Positions 1-10,146 of a stretch of 64,000 nt of DNA are shown piece after piece. A program made the translations under genes and the position numbers. Origin of the DNA: Porticoccaceae bacterium (GTDB lineage: Bacteria; Pseudomonadota; Gammaproteobacteria; Pseudomonadales; Porticoccaceae); assembly GCA_049615065.1 (NCBI GenBank), contig JBMZEV010000001.1, positions 9,195-73,194 of the forward strand, in the 5' to 3' direction. The notes under the pieces are model-generated. The model saw only the letters and a list, made by a program, of their open reading frames with translations. It was not told where the DNA came from and did not search any database. How positions within the stretch are numbered: position 1 is the first letter of the stretch; each line of letters begins with the position of its first letter.

Positions 1-977
1 AAATCAACTAGCCCTTGGGTGATTGTCTCTATAGCCGCCTTATTGGCTTGATCAAAAGTTACCCCAGGCGCAATGGTTTTAATCGCCGCATCCTGTGCTG
101 CCAAAACAATATCGTATATAGCCGCCTGCTCGGGACTGTAACGTCCATTGACTGGGAAGGTTCGAGTAATATCTGCGGCATAATTTTGATACTCACAACC
201 GGCATCAATCAATACTAAATCGCCTGATTTTAGCGTTGCAGTATTTTCGATATAGTGCAGAACACAGGCATTGGAGCCACTGCCGACTATACTGGTATAG
301 GCAGGGCCGGAGGCACCTGACATCATAAACTCATGCTCGATTTCAGCCTGTAGTTGATATTCTTTCTGCCCCACTTTGCAGTGCTTCATAGCCCGACAAT
401 GAGCCTGTGCAGAAATATCTGCGGCTTTACGCATAAGCTTAATTTCCGCGGCTGATTTAATCAGTCGCAACTCACCTAACAGATGATCTAGATCGACAAA
501 CTCACAGGTTGAATGACCCTCAACGCTTCTATTATTTCTCACCTCGTCAACCCAGTGCATTAACCGGCTATCAAAAGACTTATCTTTGCCGGCTGAGTAA
601 TAAACGCGGCTTTTATCCTCTAATAAGCCCGGAAGAATATCTTCTATATCATCAATCGGAAAAGCATCTTGAACTCCTAGAGTATTTTTAGCCGCCAAAG
701 GCCCAAGACGATGGCCATCCCAGGTTTCGCGCAATGGATTTTTATCCCGGCAAAAAAGAAGAAATTCGCCCTGAGCGCGTTTTGGTATAAGTACCATCAC
801 CGCACTTGGCTCTGAGAACCCACATAGATAACTGAGATTTGTACTCTGTTTATAGGGATACAATGTGTCCTTAGAGCGCACTTTTTCCGATGCAGAGGCA
901 ATCACCGCGATGCTGTTATCTCCCATCATCGACATTAAATCTTTACGTCTGGCGGCATACTCTGTTTTTGAAATCAT
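1..977 (-). CDS. pepP: Xaa-Pro aminopeptidase (partial, runs off window start)
   Basis: Manual translation from ATG at 977: MISKTEYAARRKDLMSMMGDNSIAVIASA...YPYKQSTNLSYLCGFSEP...WDGHRLG...ELRLIKSAAEIKLMRKA. Follows ygfB as usual. Absent from the ORF track, consistent with its stop lying outside the window. Confidence 0.93.
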   Translation of the reverse strand, partial: MISKTEYAARRKDLMSMMGDNSIAVIASASEKVRSKDTLYPYKQSTNLSYLCGFSEPSAVMVLIPKRAQGEFLLFCRDKNPLRETWDGHRLGPLAAKNTLGVQDAFPIDDIEDILPGLLEDKSRVYYSAGKDKSFDSRLMHWVDEVRNNRSVEGHSTCEFVDLDHLLGELRLIKSAAEIKLMRKAADISAQAHCRAMKHCKVGQKEYQLQAEIEHEFMMSGASGPAYTSIVGSGSNACVLHYIENTATLKSGDLVLIDAGCEYQNYAADITRTFPVNGRYSPEQAAIYDIVLAAQDAAIKTIAPGVTFDQANKAAIETITQGLVD

Positions 978-1000
978 AGGAAATCGGTCTGATAGTCACC

Positions 1001-1555
1001 TTAGTGGATGGTTGGCTCAGGCTCAGCTTTAGCCATTGGATCCAAATCAGAAAAGATAAGTTGCACCGCTATGCGAACATATTCAACCAATTCAAGGTAA
1101 TCCTTTTCACCATCTTCTTCTGCTTCGTCAGAATCGAGATCAGTAGAAATTTGAGCAATTGCAGATATATCCTGCAATGCCTCTTTACCCTCTTCGGAAA
1201 CCTCAAATTCAGGCCCCATGCCCTCGCCTAAGCCTGAGAGGTAGTTGCTACACCATTCGCCCACCGAAATTAATCGCTCAGCCATAGGTAACTCGTCGTC
1301 GGGTAATAGCGCTTGAAACAAAAAACTAATGTCCTGAAGATCGCTTAAAGTTGCCTCATAAAAGCTTTCAAGATCGCTGGCTGCGGCGCCGGCTGTTTCG
1401 CCCTCTAAGCCCAGCCATGCTGTTGAGCTATTGACTAAATCTTCCATTTGCACGGTGCCACAACTGAGCCTGCCACAGAGAAAACCATGGAAGCCCGAGG
1501 GGCTGGCTTGAATTTTTAATTGATAAAAAAGATCTTCTAACTGCTCGTATGTCAC
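1001..1555 (-). CDS. ygfB: UPF0149 family protein YgfB
   Basis: SPSGFHGFLCGRLSCG, LLPDDE, W-C-x-x-Y-L-x-G-L-G and ELVEYVR motifs; upstream of pepP. Confidence 0.88.
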   Translation of the reverse strand: MTYEQLEDLFYQLKIQASPSGFHGFLCGRLSCGTVQMEDLVNSSTAWLGLEGETAGAAASDLESFYEATLSDLQDISFLFQALLPDDELPMAERLISVGEWCSNYLSGLGEGMGPEFEVSEEGKEALQDISAIAQISTDLDSDEAEEDGEKDYLELVEYVRIAVQLIFSDLDPMAKAEPEPTIH

Positions 1556-1709
1556 TGTGTCACCTCATAAATATTTAGGGTATCTTACCATTTAAAGGTA
1601 ATTTGCGCCTACGATTAGTGGCTTAGATTGAAAGTCTGAATTGACCCGACTGGCTGCAATGCCTATAGTTAACATTCTATCAAAACTGTTAAAGAACAAA
1701 GCGATACCC

Positions 1710-1910
1710 ATGACTGATACGGAAGAATTTGAACAAAAGCTCGATCAACTCATCGCTACCTGCCAGCAACTTAAGCGCGAGAACGCTTCATTGCGCGAGC
1801 GTGAGGCGGGTCTTGTGGGTGAACGCGGCACACTGCTAGAACAAAATGAAATGGCACGCAAAAAGATCAAAGATATGATTGATCGCCTGCGCAGCCTCAG
1901 TGCGGAGTAA
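1710..1910 (+). CDS. TIGR02449 family coiled-coil protein (ZapB-like)
   Basis: LDQLIATCQQLKRENASLR...NEMARKKIKDMIDRLRSL; directly before zapA. ATG at 1710 preferred over the longer TTG start. Confidence 0.8.
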   Translation: MTDTEEFEQKLDQLIATCQQLKRENASLREREAGLVGERGTLLEQNEMARKKIKDMIDRLRSLSAE

Positions 1911-1915
1911 TTTTA

Positions 1916-2212
1916 ATGTCTAATGTTTCACTAAAAATTTATATTCTCGGCAAAGAGTATCAAGTTAACTGTCCCCCAGAAGAACGTGAAGCGCTTGAGC
2001 GTTCTGCACAGTTATTAAACGAAAAAATGGAAGAGATCCGCACAAACTCACAAATTATTGGTCTTGAGCGTGTTGCCGTCATGGCAGCTCTTAATCTGGC
2101 CCATGATCTTATTCAAACCGAACAATCAGCGCAGCAACATTCTGTTGCCTCAGATGTTTTGCAGTCAATGAATTCTAAAATCGATTCAGCACTATTTGAA
2201 TTAACCAATTAA
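1916..2212 (+). CDS. zapA: Cell division protein ZapA
   Basis: ILGKEYQVNCP and ERVAVMAALNLAHDL motifs. Confidence 0.93.
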   Translation: MSNVSLKIYILGKEYQVNCPPEEREALERSAQLLNEKMEEIRTNSQIIGLERVAVMAALNLAHDLIQTEQSAQQHSVASDVLQSMNSKIDSALFELTN

Positions 2213-2274
2213 AAATCTCTGACCCGAAAGTCTAAAAAAGTTACCACAAAAACACCCTATCTCCACATCAGCTT

Positions 2275-2283
2275 TGGTATACT
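2275..2283 (+). promoter_or_regulatory. Extended -10 sigma70 promoter of 6S RNA
   Basis: TGgTATACT about 6 nt upstream of the 6S RNA 5' end. Confidence 0.65.
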
Positions 2284-2288
2284 AGTTA

Positions 2289-2457
2289 TCCCTGGAGTGT
2301 TTGCCAGTCAAGAAGTCCCTGAGCCGATACTATTTTTTAGGCAACTCTTTGATAACAATGTTGTGCCATGCCGCTAGCCGGACCGCCTGATTTGTTGCTT
2401 GGGTCGCCCCCTTGAACTCTTCGGTTCAAGGCCACGTTGACAGCGGCACTTTGGGCT
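2289..2457 (+). ncRNA. ssrS: 6S RNA
   Basis: Canonical zapA-ssrS-ygfA position; hallmark segments tccctgagccgata and ccttgaac(tcttcg)gttcaagg, with complementary ends. Ends approximate. Confidence 0.92.
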
Positions 2458-2497
2458 ACCAACTATTTGCATAAGTTTTTTTGCGCAAGACTATAAT

Positions 2498-3085
2498 ATG
2501 GCCGATGCTAGTATTCGCAAACAGTTACGCAGTCAGCGCAGATCCCTTTCCGCTGAACAGCAATATATTTTGTCTGAAAAAATTACCGCCATACTTTCCG
2601 TACAACCCTTTTTTCTTCGCGCCAAACGTCTAGGTATTTATCTGGCTAATGATGGTGAGGTCGATCCCTCAACTGTTGTAGGCATCTGTCAAAAGTCGTC
2701 TAAACAGTGTTTTTTACCCGTGATTCACCCACTAAAAACTCCTCGACTTCACTTTGCTCGCTATAGGCAAAACAGCCAGCTAATAGCCAACCGTTTTGGC
2801 ATTTTGGAGCCCAGTTTAAGAACTACAAAAATGGTTCCACCTTGGAGTTTAGATTTAATTTTAATGCCTTTGGTTGGGTTTGATCGTCGGGGAAATCGGC
2901 TGGGCATGGGCGGGGGATTTTATGATCGCACTCTGGCTTTTACCGCTCGAGGTCAACACCCAGCGCCGCAGCTTGTTGGGCTAGCATACAGCTTTCAAGA
3001 GCTTGAAAGCATTAGCCCACAGATATGGGATATTCCCGTTGACCATATTATTACTGAGCAAGAAATTATCGGTGCTCAAGGCTAA
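2498..3085 (+). CDS. ygfA: 5-formyltetrahydrofolate cyclo-ligase
   Basis: PLVGFDRRGNRLGMGGGFYDR and WDIPVD motifs; follows ssrS. Confidence 0.95.
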   Translation: MADASIRKQLRSQRRSLSAEQQYILSEKITAILSVQPFFLRAKRLGIYLANDGEVDPSTVVGICQKSSKQCFLPVIHPLKTPRLHFARYRQNSQLIANRFGILEPSLRTTKMVPPWSLDLILMPLVGFDRRGNRLGMGGGFYDRTLAFTARGQHPAPQLVGLAYSFQELESISPQIWDIPVDHIITEQEIIGAQG

Positions 3086-3089
3086 ATTT

Positions 3090-4601
3090 TTAGCCCAGAA
3101 AAAACTGATAAGCAGGGTTATCGGTTTCATCGGCGTATCGGTAACCCAAATTATCTAAAAATTGTTTTAACTCTGCTCGATCCTGCTTATTAACTTGCAA
3201 GCCGACCAGTACACGACCAAAAGCAGAACCATGATTTCGATAATGGAACATAGAAATATTAAAACGGCCACCTAACTGAGCCAAGAAGTTTAATAATGCG
3301 CCAGGGCGTTCAGGGAACTCAAAGCGATATACCTGCTCTTCAACAACCTTCACTGCTCGACCGCCGACCATATGGCGGATATGCAACTTGGCCATTTCAT
3401 TATCCGTTAAATCTGATAATTGGTAGCCCTTGGCTTTAAGCTCAGCGACCAGGTCATGTCGGTCTGGATCGCCATTGACCCGTACGCCAACAAAAATATG
3501 TGCCAGCTTCTCATCATTATATCTGTAGTTAAATTCTGAGATACCATGTCGACCTAGGGTGCTACAAAATGTTTGAAAACTACCGGGCTTTTCATCAATA
3601 GTTACCGCTAACACCGCTTCGCGCTTTTCACCTATCTGGGTGCGCTCCGAGATATATCTTAGGCGATCAAAATCAATGTTGGCGCCACATTGGACTGACA
3701 ACAATGTTTGATTCTCTACCCCATGTTGCTCAACATATTTTTTTAGCCCTGCTGTGCCCAGTGCCCCCGAAGGTTCGCAGATAGCGCGAGTATCGTTATA
3801 CACATCCTTAATTGCGGCGCAGATTTCGTCGGTGGTGACGGTAATAACTTCATCGACAAGGTCCCTTAATAGACGAAAAGTCTCCTCACCTATTTGCGCT
3901 ACCGCAGTGCCATCAGCAAAAATCCCCACCTGATCCAATACTACTCGCTCACCGGCTTTGATGGCAGCATCAAGGCAGGCGGCATCATCCGATTCAACCG
4001 CAATAATTTTTATTTCTGGACGCAACTGCTTCACATAGGCGGCGATACCTGCACATAGACCGCCGCCACCGACCGCAATAAAAATTGCATCTAACTGTTC
4101 GGGTATCTGATCAAGAATTTCCATGCCAATGGTGCCTTGACCGGCAATCACATCGGGATCATCAAAAGGGTGGATATAGGTAAGACCCTGCGCTTTGACT
4201 AACTCTGCGGCATGGGCGGCAGCTTCATCATAGCTATCGCCAATCAATACCACTTCGGCACCTCTTGAGCGCACTGCATCAACCTTAATTCGCGGCGTGG
4301 TGCGGGGCATTACAATGGTAGCCGCTATACCCAGTTTCTTGGCGGCAAGTGCTAGGCCCTGAGCATGATTGCCAGCCGATGCCGCCACAACACCTGTCGC
4401 TAACTGCTGTTCAGATAAACTCAACAACTTGTTGTAGGCGCCGCGCAATTTAAAAGAAAACACCGGCTGTAAATCTTCGCGCTTTAATAGTACGTGGTTA
4501 TTTAAACGCTGGGATAGTAAAGGCGCCTCATCCACGGGCGTCTTTAATGCAAGATCATAAATCTTAGCATCTTGAATTTTTTGCACATAATTTAGCGGCA
4601 T
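3090..4601 (-). CDS. ilvA: Biosynthetic threonine ammonia-lyase
   Basis: KREDLQPVFSFKLRGAYN, SAGNHAQG and C-terminal regulatory domains (FEFPERPGAL, FHYRNHG). Confidence 0.97.
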   Translation of the reverse strand: MPLNYVQKIQDAKIYDLALKTPVDEAPLLSQRLNNHVLLKREDLQPVFSFKLRGAYNKLLSLSEQQLATGVVAASAGNHAQGLALAAKKLGIAATIVMPRTTPRIKVDAVRSRGAEVVLIGDSYDEAAAHAAELVKAQGLTYIHPFDDPDVIAGQGTIGMEILDQIPEQLDAIFIAVGGGGLCAGIAAYVKQLRPEIKIIAVESDDAACLDAAIKAGERVVLDQVGIFADGTAVAQIGEETFRLLRDLVDEVITVTTDEICAAIKDVYNDTRAICEPSGALGTAGLKKYVEQHGVENQTLLSVQCGANIDFDRLRYISERTQIGEKREAVLAVTIDEKPGSFQTFCSTLGRHGISEFNYRYNDEKLAHIFVGVRVNGDPDRHDLVAELKAKGYQLSDLTDNEMAKLHIRHMVGGRAVKVVEEQVYRFEFPERPGALLNFLAQLGGRFNISMFHYRNHGSAFGRVLVGLQVNKQDRAELKQFLDNLGYRYADETDNPAYQFFLG

Positions 4602-4678
4602 GGCGTTTCCAATATGATTTAGCTAAGTCGTCATGTTAATATAAAACCAACAAAAATATTAGCTTATTGAGGTTATCC

Positions 4679-5353
4679 GTGGATCAAAATCAACTTAAAC
4701 AGGCTGTTGCTCAAGCGGCGGTGGAATATTGCCTTACAAAAATAGCCAGCGATAGCATTGTCGGTATAGGCACAGGGTCCACAGCCAACTGTTTTATTGA
4801 TCAAATTGCCGAACATAAACATCTATTTAATGGTACCGTGGCCAGTTCGGAAGGTTCAGCTGAACGCCTGCGTTCACACGGCATTCAAGTATTCGATCTC
4901 AATCAGGTTGATGAAATAACTATTTATATTGATGGTGCCGATGAAACTAACCCTCAGCTTGAGCTTATTAAAGGCGGCGGCGCGGCGCTTACAAGAGAAA
5001 AGATTGTTACTGCTGTGGCAAAAGAATTTGTCTGCATTGCCGATGAAAGCAAATGGGTAGATTCACTGGGTACCTTTCCTCTGCCGGTTGAAGTGATTCC
5101 TATGGCACGAAGCTATGTTGCCCGTGAGCTGGTTAAACTGGGTGGCGACCCAGTTTGGCGAGAGGGTGTAATCACTGATAATGGCAATATTATTCTCGAT
5201 GTCCACCACCTTTATCCTATGGTTTCAGCCTGTGATTTGGAGCAAAAAATCAACCAAATTACTGGTGTAGTGACCAATGGATTATTTGCTCTAAAGCCGG
5301 CTGATATTTTATTTTTGGCCACCCAAGACGGAATTGTTAGCCACAGGGGCTAA
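4679..5353 (+). CDS. rpiA: Ribose-5-phosphate isomerase A
   Basis: [13 protein letters not shown] and [12 protein letters not shown] motifs; GTG start at 4679 after a GAGG RBS. Confidence 0.96.
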   Translation: MDQNQLKQAVAQAAVEYCLTKIASDSIVGIGTGSTANCFIDQIAEHKHLFNGTVASSEGSAERLRSHGIQVFDLNQVDEITIYIDGADETNPQLELIKGGGAALTREKIVTAVAKEFVCIADESKWVDSLGTFPLPVEVIPMARSYVARELVKLGGDPVWREGVITDNGNIILDVHHLYPMVSACDLEQKINQITGVVTNGLFALKPADILFLATQDGIVSHRG

Positions 5354-6405
5354 CCTTTTGATAGCAGCTCACGCAAATCAATAATCGCGGCATTGGCGCG
5401 ACTGATATAAGAGGCCATTACCAGCGAGTGATTGGCAATCAACCCAAATCCGTCACCATTGGCAATAAACGGGCTGCGAATAGGTTGCTGCGTCATTTCT
5501 AATTCGCGAATAATTTGCTGAACACTGGTGATGGCATTTTTTCTTGCCAAAACATCGGCAAAATCAATCTCAATAGCTTTTAGAAAATGTAATAACGCCC
5601 AAGCCGACCCCCGCGCTTGATAAAAAACATCATCAATTTCAAACCAACCAGTTTTAACCATTAATTCTGATGGGGCTCGAGTAGATTGTGAGGCACCTGC
5701 GGCACCAGATAGATCGGTATTAATACGCTTTTGGCCAACACTGGCCGATAGGCGCTGAGATAAACTGCCCAGCCTGGTTTCTACGGTTCCCAGCCAATAG
5801 CGCAAATTGTCTGCCCGGGCATAAAACTGGCCATTGTAATTATCTTCGTCCACCAGCCTACTTTTATAGGATTCAAAATACTCACGGCCATCGGCATATT
5901 CAATTTCTGGCCACGGCACCGCCCAGCTTTGGTGATCTACATTGAATCGGGGTTCGGCCAGCGCTAGATCTGAGTCCTCAGTGGACTGAGACTGGGATCG
6001 ACTAAATGCCTCGCGCATGGCTTTGCTAAGATCCCTAACTTGCACCAAGACACCAAATTCCCAATTGGGCAAATTATCCAACCATAGGCTTGGCGGCATT
6101 ACATCATTGGCCAAATAGCCTCCCGGCTTGTCTAGAATAGTATCTACAACTTTAATAAGAGTATCGGTAGTTGTAACACCAATTATCAAAGGGCTTTCAG
6201 GCGTTTGCTTGGCATTGACGGCGAAAGATGCCGGTTCTTGACTCCAATACCAACCCAGAAGAACCAGAAAAACTAAGATACACAGCGCAGGGATAACAAT
6301 GACTCTTTTTCGCAGCGAGCCATATTCCGCCATATCTGCTGGGTTATTTATTAAACCCGAAGCAAACTGTCGAATTTTGCTAAATACCCCCAAAAAAACA
6401 TTCAT
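5350..6405 (-). CDS. DUF2333 family membrane-anchored protein
   Basis: [36 protein letters not shown] and [16 protein letters not shown] motifs. Confidence 0.82.
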   Translation of the reverse strand: MNVFLGVFSKIRQFASGLINNPADMAEYGSLRKRVIVIPALCILVFLVLLGWYWSQEPASFAVNAKQTPESPLIIGVTTTDTLIKVVDTILDKPGGYLANDVMPPSLWLDNLPNWEFGVLVQVRDLSKAMREAFSRSQSQSTEDSDLALAEPRFNVDHQSWAVPWPEIEYADGREYFESYKSRLVDEDNYNGQFYARADNLRYWLGTVETRLGSLSQRLSASVGQKRINTDLSGAAGASQSTRAPSELMVKTGWFEIDDVFYQARGSAWALLHFLKAIEIDFADVLARKNAITSVQQIIRELEMTQQPIRSPFIANGDGFGLIANHSLVMASYISRANAAIIDLRELLSKG

Positions 6406-6884
6406 TAATGATGCATTGCCTTCGCAGGTTGTGATTTTAGCGATTTAATTGGCGCCGAAAACTGTATCGCGCCGCAATTATCGGTGCTCAAAGTAATTTC
6501 TACAGATAACTCTTCGCTCGACTTCACACCAAATAACATCAAATGAAGTCCACCGGGCTTGAAGGCGACAGTTGAACCCGCCGGTACATCAACGTCTTTT
6601 ACCGGGCGCATCTTCATCATGCCATCGATGTGCTGATGGGTATGAAATTCTATTTTTTTAGCGTAGCTAGAGCTGGCCGCTATCAATTTACAGTTCTGCT
6701 CACCGCTATTAGAAATCATTAAAAATGCCGCTGTCATACTATGACCAGGCACCGGTGCGCGCACGTAGGGCATATCGATAGTAATATTGCCTTTTTTATG
6801 ATGACCCGCCATTGTGGGCATTACCCAGCATGCTGATACCACTAAAACTAAAAATAGCGATATTTTTTTCATAGTGTTCCTCAT
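6405..6884 (-). CDS. Periplasmic copper chaperone PCu(A)C
   Basis: Signal peptide; H...GMMKMR...GGLHLM copper-binding motif. Confidence 0.9.
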   Translation of the reverse strand: MRNTMKKISLFLVLVVSACWVMPTMAGHHKKGNITIDMPYVRAPVPGHSMTAAFLMISNSGEQNCKLIAASSSYAKKIEFHTHQHIDGMMKMRPVKDVDVPAGSTVAFKPGGLHLMLFGVKSSEELSVEITLSTDNCGAIQFSAPIKSLKSQPAKAMHH

Positions 6885-6987
6885 TTTAATTATTAGTACT
6901 CAAAATTAGTTTATCACTTAACTAAGGCAAAAATGTTAAAGTAACGTAAAAACTTACTTATGTTTTCGCATTTAACAGGCTAAAGAA

Positions 6988-8727
6988 ATGAAACTACTGC
7001 TTAAAGTTATGCTGCTTATAGGCCTTGCCATGGCCTCATCAGCTTATGCAACGTCCCTAACCGCCGCCTCTGCGGCCGGTAGTTTTTCATCCGCGACTAA
7101 ATCCAATAACGACTTAAGCAATACTCAGCCAGTATTTTTGCCAGTTCAACAGGCATTCCAAGTAGACGCCCTAGTAGAAAATCAATCATTAAAACTCAAT
7201 TGGACCATCGCTGATGGCTACTATCTATATCGCAAAAGCCTTAAGCTAAATTCCACCGATCATTCAGTGCAGGTTAGCACGCCAATATTTGCCGATGGGC
7301 TGCTAAAATGGGATGAATATTTTGAAGCCGATGTTGAAGTCTATTACGGTCAGACAAGCTTTGAGGTTCCTTTTTCTAGCGATAAAACACAGTTTCAATT
7401 ACAGCTAGAATCTCAAGGCTGTGCTGATGCCGGCCTATGCTATCCCCCTCGCAAGCAAATAATTGATATTGATCTCGCCACAGGCACCGCTGAAGTGAGT
7501 GAGCAACCGACCAAGTCATTAGATTCTGTGCCAGCGAAGACTATTGCATCAACCCCCCTTTGGCTAATGCTAATTTTCGCTTTGGTAGGTGGGCTTATCC
7601 TTAATTTGATGCCCTGTGTTTTTCCGGTGCTATCAATAAAAGTATTGAGTTTTACCCAGCAGCATCAAACTAACTTTGAAAGGCAACTTCACGGCGTGGC
7701 CTACACTGCGGGTGTAGTAGGGACCTTTGTTGCTATTGCAGCGATTATGCTATTTTTGCGTGCCGGTGGCGAAGCCATAGGCTGGGGCTTTCAGTTACAG
7801 TCACCCACTTTTGTTATATTTTTAGTCTTTCTATTTGTGTTACTAGGACTGAGCCTGTCGGGCTATATTCAGCTTTTTTCAGGGTTGATGTCCCTAGGTC
7901 AATCTTCGCAACCCAACAATGGTTTAGGCTCATCATTTTTGACGGGGGTTTTGGCGACAACCGTTGCTAGCCCTTGCACTGCACCCTTTATGGGTCCCGC
8001 ATTGGGCTTTACCATTTCTCAAACCAGTGCAGTAGCATTATTGGTATTTGCGTTTTTAGGACTGGGGATGGCTCTGCCGTTTGTAATTCTCAGTCTAGTG
8101 CCATCACTGACACAAAAACTGCCTAAGCCCGGACAATGGATGGATAATCTAAAACAATTTTTGGCCTTTCCCATTTACCTTACCGCTGCATGGCTGCTGT
8201 GGATTGTAGGCCAACAAACCAGCGTCGACATAGTCATTGCAATCTGTGTCGGTATTATTTTAATGGTTATGGCGATTTGGCTTTGGCAGCGAGCTAGCGG
8301 TAACAAATTAATTAAAGTACTCGCTATTATTCTGCTGATTGGCGCCTTTGTCTTTCCAATAGGCCAGTTAGAGGATAAATCAGAACCAAGATGGCAAGAC
8401 TATTCGGCTCAGCGCCTAGCTGAGCTTCGGCAGTCTGGTGAGGCGGTGTTTGTAAATCTATCTGCAGACTGGTGCATTACTTGCTTAGTTAATGAAAAAG
8501 TATCCATGGGTGAAAGCTTTTACCAAACGTTGCAGGACAACAATATCACTTATCTCAAGGGCGACTGGACGAACAAGGACCCTGAGATTACCCAGCTCCT
8601 AAATCAGTATAATCGCAATGGCGTTCCTCTGTATTTGGTATTCCCTAAGGGGTCGGGGTCAGCAGAAATTTTGCCACAGATCCTCAGCAAACGTGGTTTG
8701 ATTGAGGCGCTTAAAAGAGTTAATTAA
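6988..8727 (+). CDS. dsbD: Thiol:disulfide interchange protein DsbD (DipZ)
   Basis: GCADAGLCYPP N-domain, LMPCVFP and ASPCTAP membrane cysteines, C-terminal ADWCITC thioredoxin domain. Confidence 0.93.
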   Translation: MKLLLKVMLLIGLAMASSAYATSLTAASAAGSFSSATKSNNDLSNTQPVFLPVQQAFQVDALVENQSLKLNWTIADGYYLYRKSLKLNSTDHSVQVSTPIFADGLLKWDEYFEADVEVYYGQTSFEVPFSSDKTQFQLQLESQGCADAGLCYPPRKQIIDIDLATGTAEVSEQPTKSLDSVPAKTIASTPLWLMLIFALVGGLILNLMPCVFPVLSIKVLSFTQQHQTNFERQLHGVAYTAGVVGTFVAIAAIMLFLRAGGEAIGWGFQLQSPTFVIFLVFLFVLLGLSLSGYIQLFSGLMSLGQSSQPNNGLGSSFLTGVLATTVASPCTAPFMGPALGFTISQTSAVALLVFAFLGLGMALPFVILSLVPSLTQKLPKPGQWMDNLKQFLAFPIYLTAAWLLWIVGQQTSVDIVIAICVGIILMVMAIWLWQRASGNKLIKVLAIILLIGAFVFPIGQLEDKSEPRWQDYSAQRLAELRQSGEAVFVNLSADWCITCLVNEKVSMGESFYQTLQDNNITYLKGDWTNKDPEITQLLNQYNRNGVPLYLVFPKGSGSAEILPQILSKRGLIEALKRVN

Positions 8728-8744
8728 TTTTTTAAAATTATCGA

Positions 8745-9195
8745 CGAATTTCGCTGATTTTAGCCGCATTTTCGCTATTTTAACTTCTTTTACTATTTTA
8801 CCTGCCGCTTAGTCCGTTAGATAAAATCTACAAAATTCACTATAATCGCCTAACTATGGATAAAATATGCGCAAATTCGCTTAAAATTCATCAAAATCAC
8901 ATTATTAGCCATAAAACCTTAATCTAACTAGTTTCAAAATATCTCTAATTTTAGTCATTATACCTGCACATTGAGCGATAATTGTGAATTTTAGGAGAAT
9001 TTAGCCTTATTTTCCTGTAAATTGAGTCTAAATGCCGCAAAAGTTGCAAAACTGGTTTGGCAAATAAGTTTAAGTGCCGTAAAAATGTCGTTAAATATGC
9101 ATATTTTCTTCTAACTTCGCTTAAATCCTAATATTACATTTAAAATATAGACAGTTTGCGTTTTTTAGTGCAGACTAGGCGCAAATTGACCTTTT
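8745..9195. other. Helically phased A/T-tract region (predicted intrinsically curved DNA) upstream of aroQ-accBC
   Basis: A/T tracts recur about every 10-11 bp, e.g. starts at 8747, 8757, 8768, 8777, 8788; 8862, 8873, 8883, 8893; 8987, 8998, 9009, 9019, 9030, 9039. Confidence 0.75.
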
Positions 9196-9207
9196 GCTTG
9201 GGGATTT

Positions 9208-9642
9208 ATGTCAACAATACTTATTCTAAACGGCCCTAATCTCAACCTGCTCGGCACCCGCGAGCCAGAGAAGTATGGCTTAGAAACCCTTGAGCAAATT
9301 AATCAGCAATTGATTGCTGACGCAAGCGCGGCAGGCCACACAGCTCATTGCTTTCAAAGCAATGCTGAGCATGACCTTATTCAGCGCATTCATGACGCTA
9401 AGCAAGAAGATGTCAATTACATTATCTTTAATCCCGGAGCATTTACTCACACTAGTGTAGCTATTCGGGATGCCCTTTTAGGCGTGGCCATACCTTTTAT
9501 TGAAGTTCATCTCTCCAATGTGCATGCAAGAGAGGAATTTCGTCGTCATTCCTATTTTTCTGATATTGCCGATGGCGTTATTTGTGGATTCGGCGCAAAT
9601 AGCTACAACCTTGCCCTACAGGCAGTGGTTACTAAACTATAA
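9208..9642 (+). CDS. aroQ: Type II 3-dehydroquinate dehydratase
   Basis: [22 protein letters not shown] and EVHLSN motifs. Confidence 0.97.
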   Translation: MSTILILNGPNLNLLGTREPEKYGLETLEQINQQLIADASAAGHTAHCFQSNAEHDLIQRIHDAKQEDVNYIIFNPGAFTHTSVAIRDALLGVAIPFIEVHLSNVHAREEFRRHSYFSDIADGVICGFGANSYNLALQAVVTKL

Positions 9643-9670
9643 ACTAACTCCTAACTATTGAGAGCGCAGG

Positions 9671-10126
9671 ATGGATATTCGTAAAGTTAAAAAATTAATC
9701 GAATTATTAGAGCAATCTAATATTAATGAATTAGAAATTAATGAGGGTGATGAGTCTGTGCGCATCAGTCGTGGCGGCACTGCCGTTACCTATGCTGCCG
9801 CCCCTGCTCCAGCACCCGTAGCTGCAGCGCCTGCGCCTGCGGCCGCGCCCGCAGCAGCTGAAGCTGCTGCGCCGGAAGCCGCAGAGCCTGCCGGACACGC
9901 TGTTAAATCACCTATGGTAGGCACCTTTTATGCCTCACCTGCGCCTGGCTCACCAGCCTTTGTATCTGTCGGCCAAAAGGTCGCTGCTGGCGATGTGATA
10001 TGCATTATTGAGGCCATGAAAATGATGAACCAAATCGAAGCTGATAAAGCCGGAACTATTGGTGCCATTTTGGTTGAAGACGGTGAAGCGGTTGAGTTTG
10101 ACCAACCTATAGTCACTATTGTTTAA
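9671..10126 (+). CDS. accB: Acetyl-CoA carboxylase biotin carboxyl carrier protein
   Basis: [12 protein letters not shown], Ala/Pro linker, SPMVGTFY and EAMKM biotinylation motif. Confidence 0.98.
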   Translation: MDIRKVKKLIELLEQSNINELEINEGDESVRISRGGTAVTYAAAPAPAPVAAAPAPAAAPAAAEAAAPEAAEPAGHAVKSPMVGTFYASPAPGSPAFVSVGQKVAAGDVICIIEAMKMMNQIEADKAGTIGAILVEDGEAVEFDQPIVTIV

Positions 10127-10146
10127 TCGCTGCTAGGAACTGCAAT

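Noticed and set aside
15-691. Short + strand ORFs 15-218 and 509-691, and apparent absence of a gene at 1-977
   Set aside because: They are antisense shadows of pepP, which I translated by hand without a stop from 977 down to about 420 and which continues toward the window edge.
8728-9207. Possible CRISPR or tandem repeat array in the periodic AT-rich gap
   Set aside because: No conserved repeat unit or spacer structure and no cas genes; only A-tract phasing.
9790-9895. Low-complexity GCN/CCN repeats in accB
   Set aside because: Normal Ala/Pro-rich linker of BCCP.
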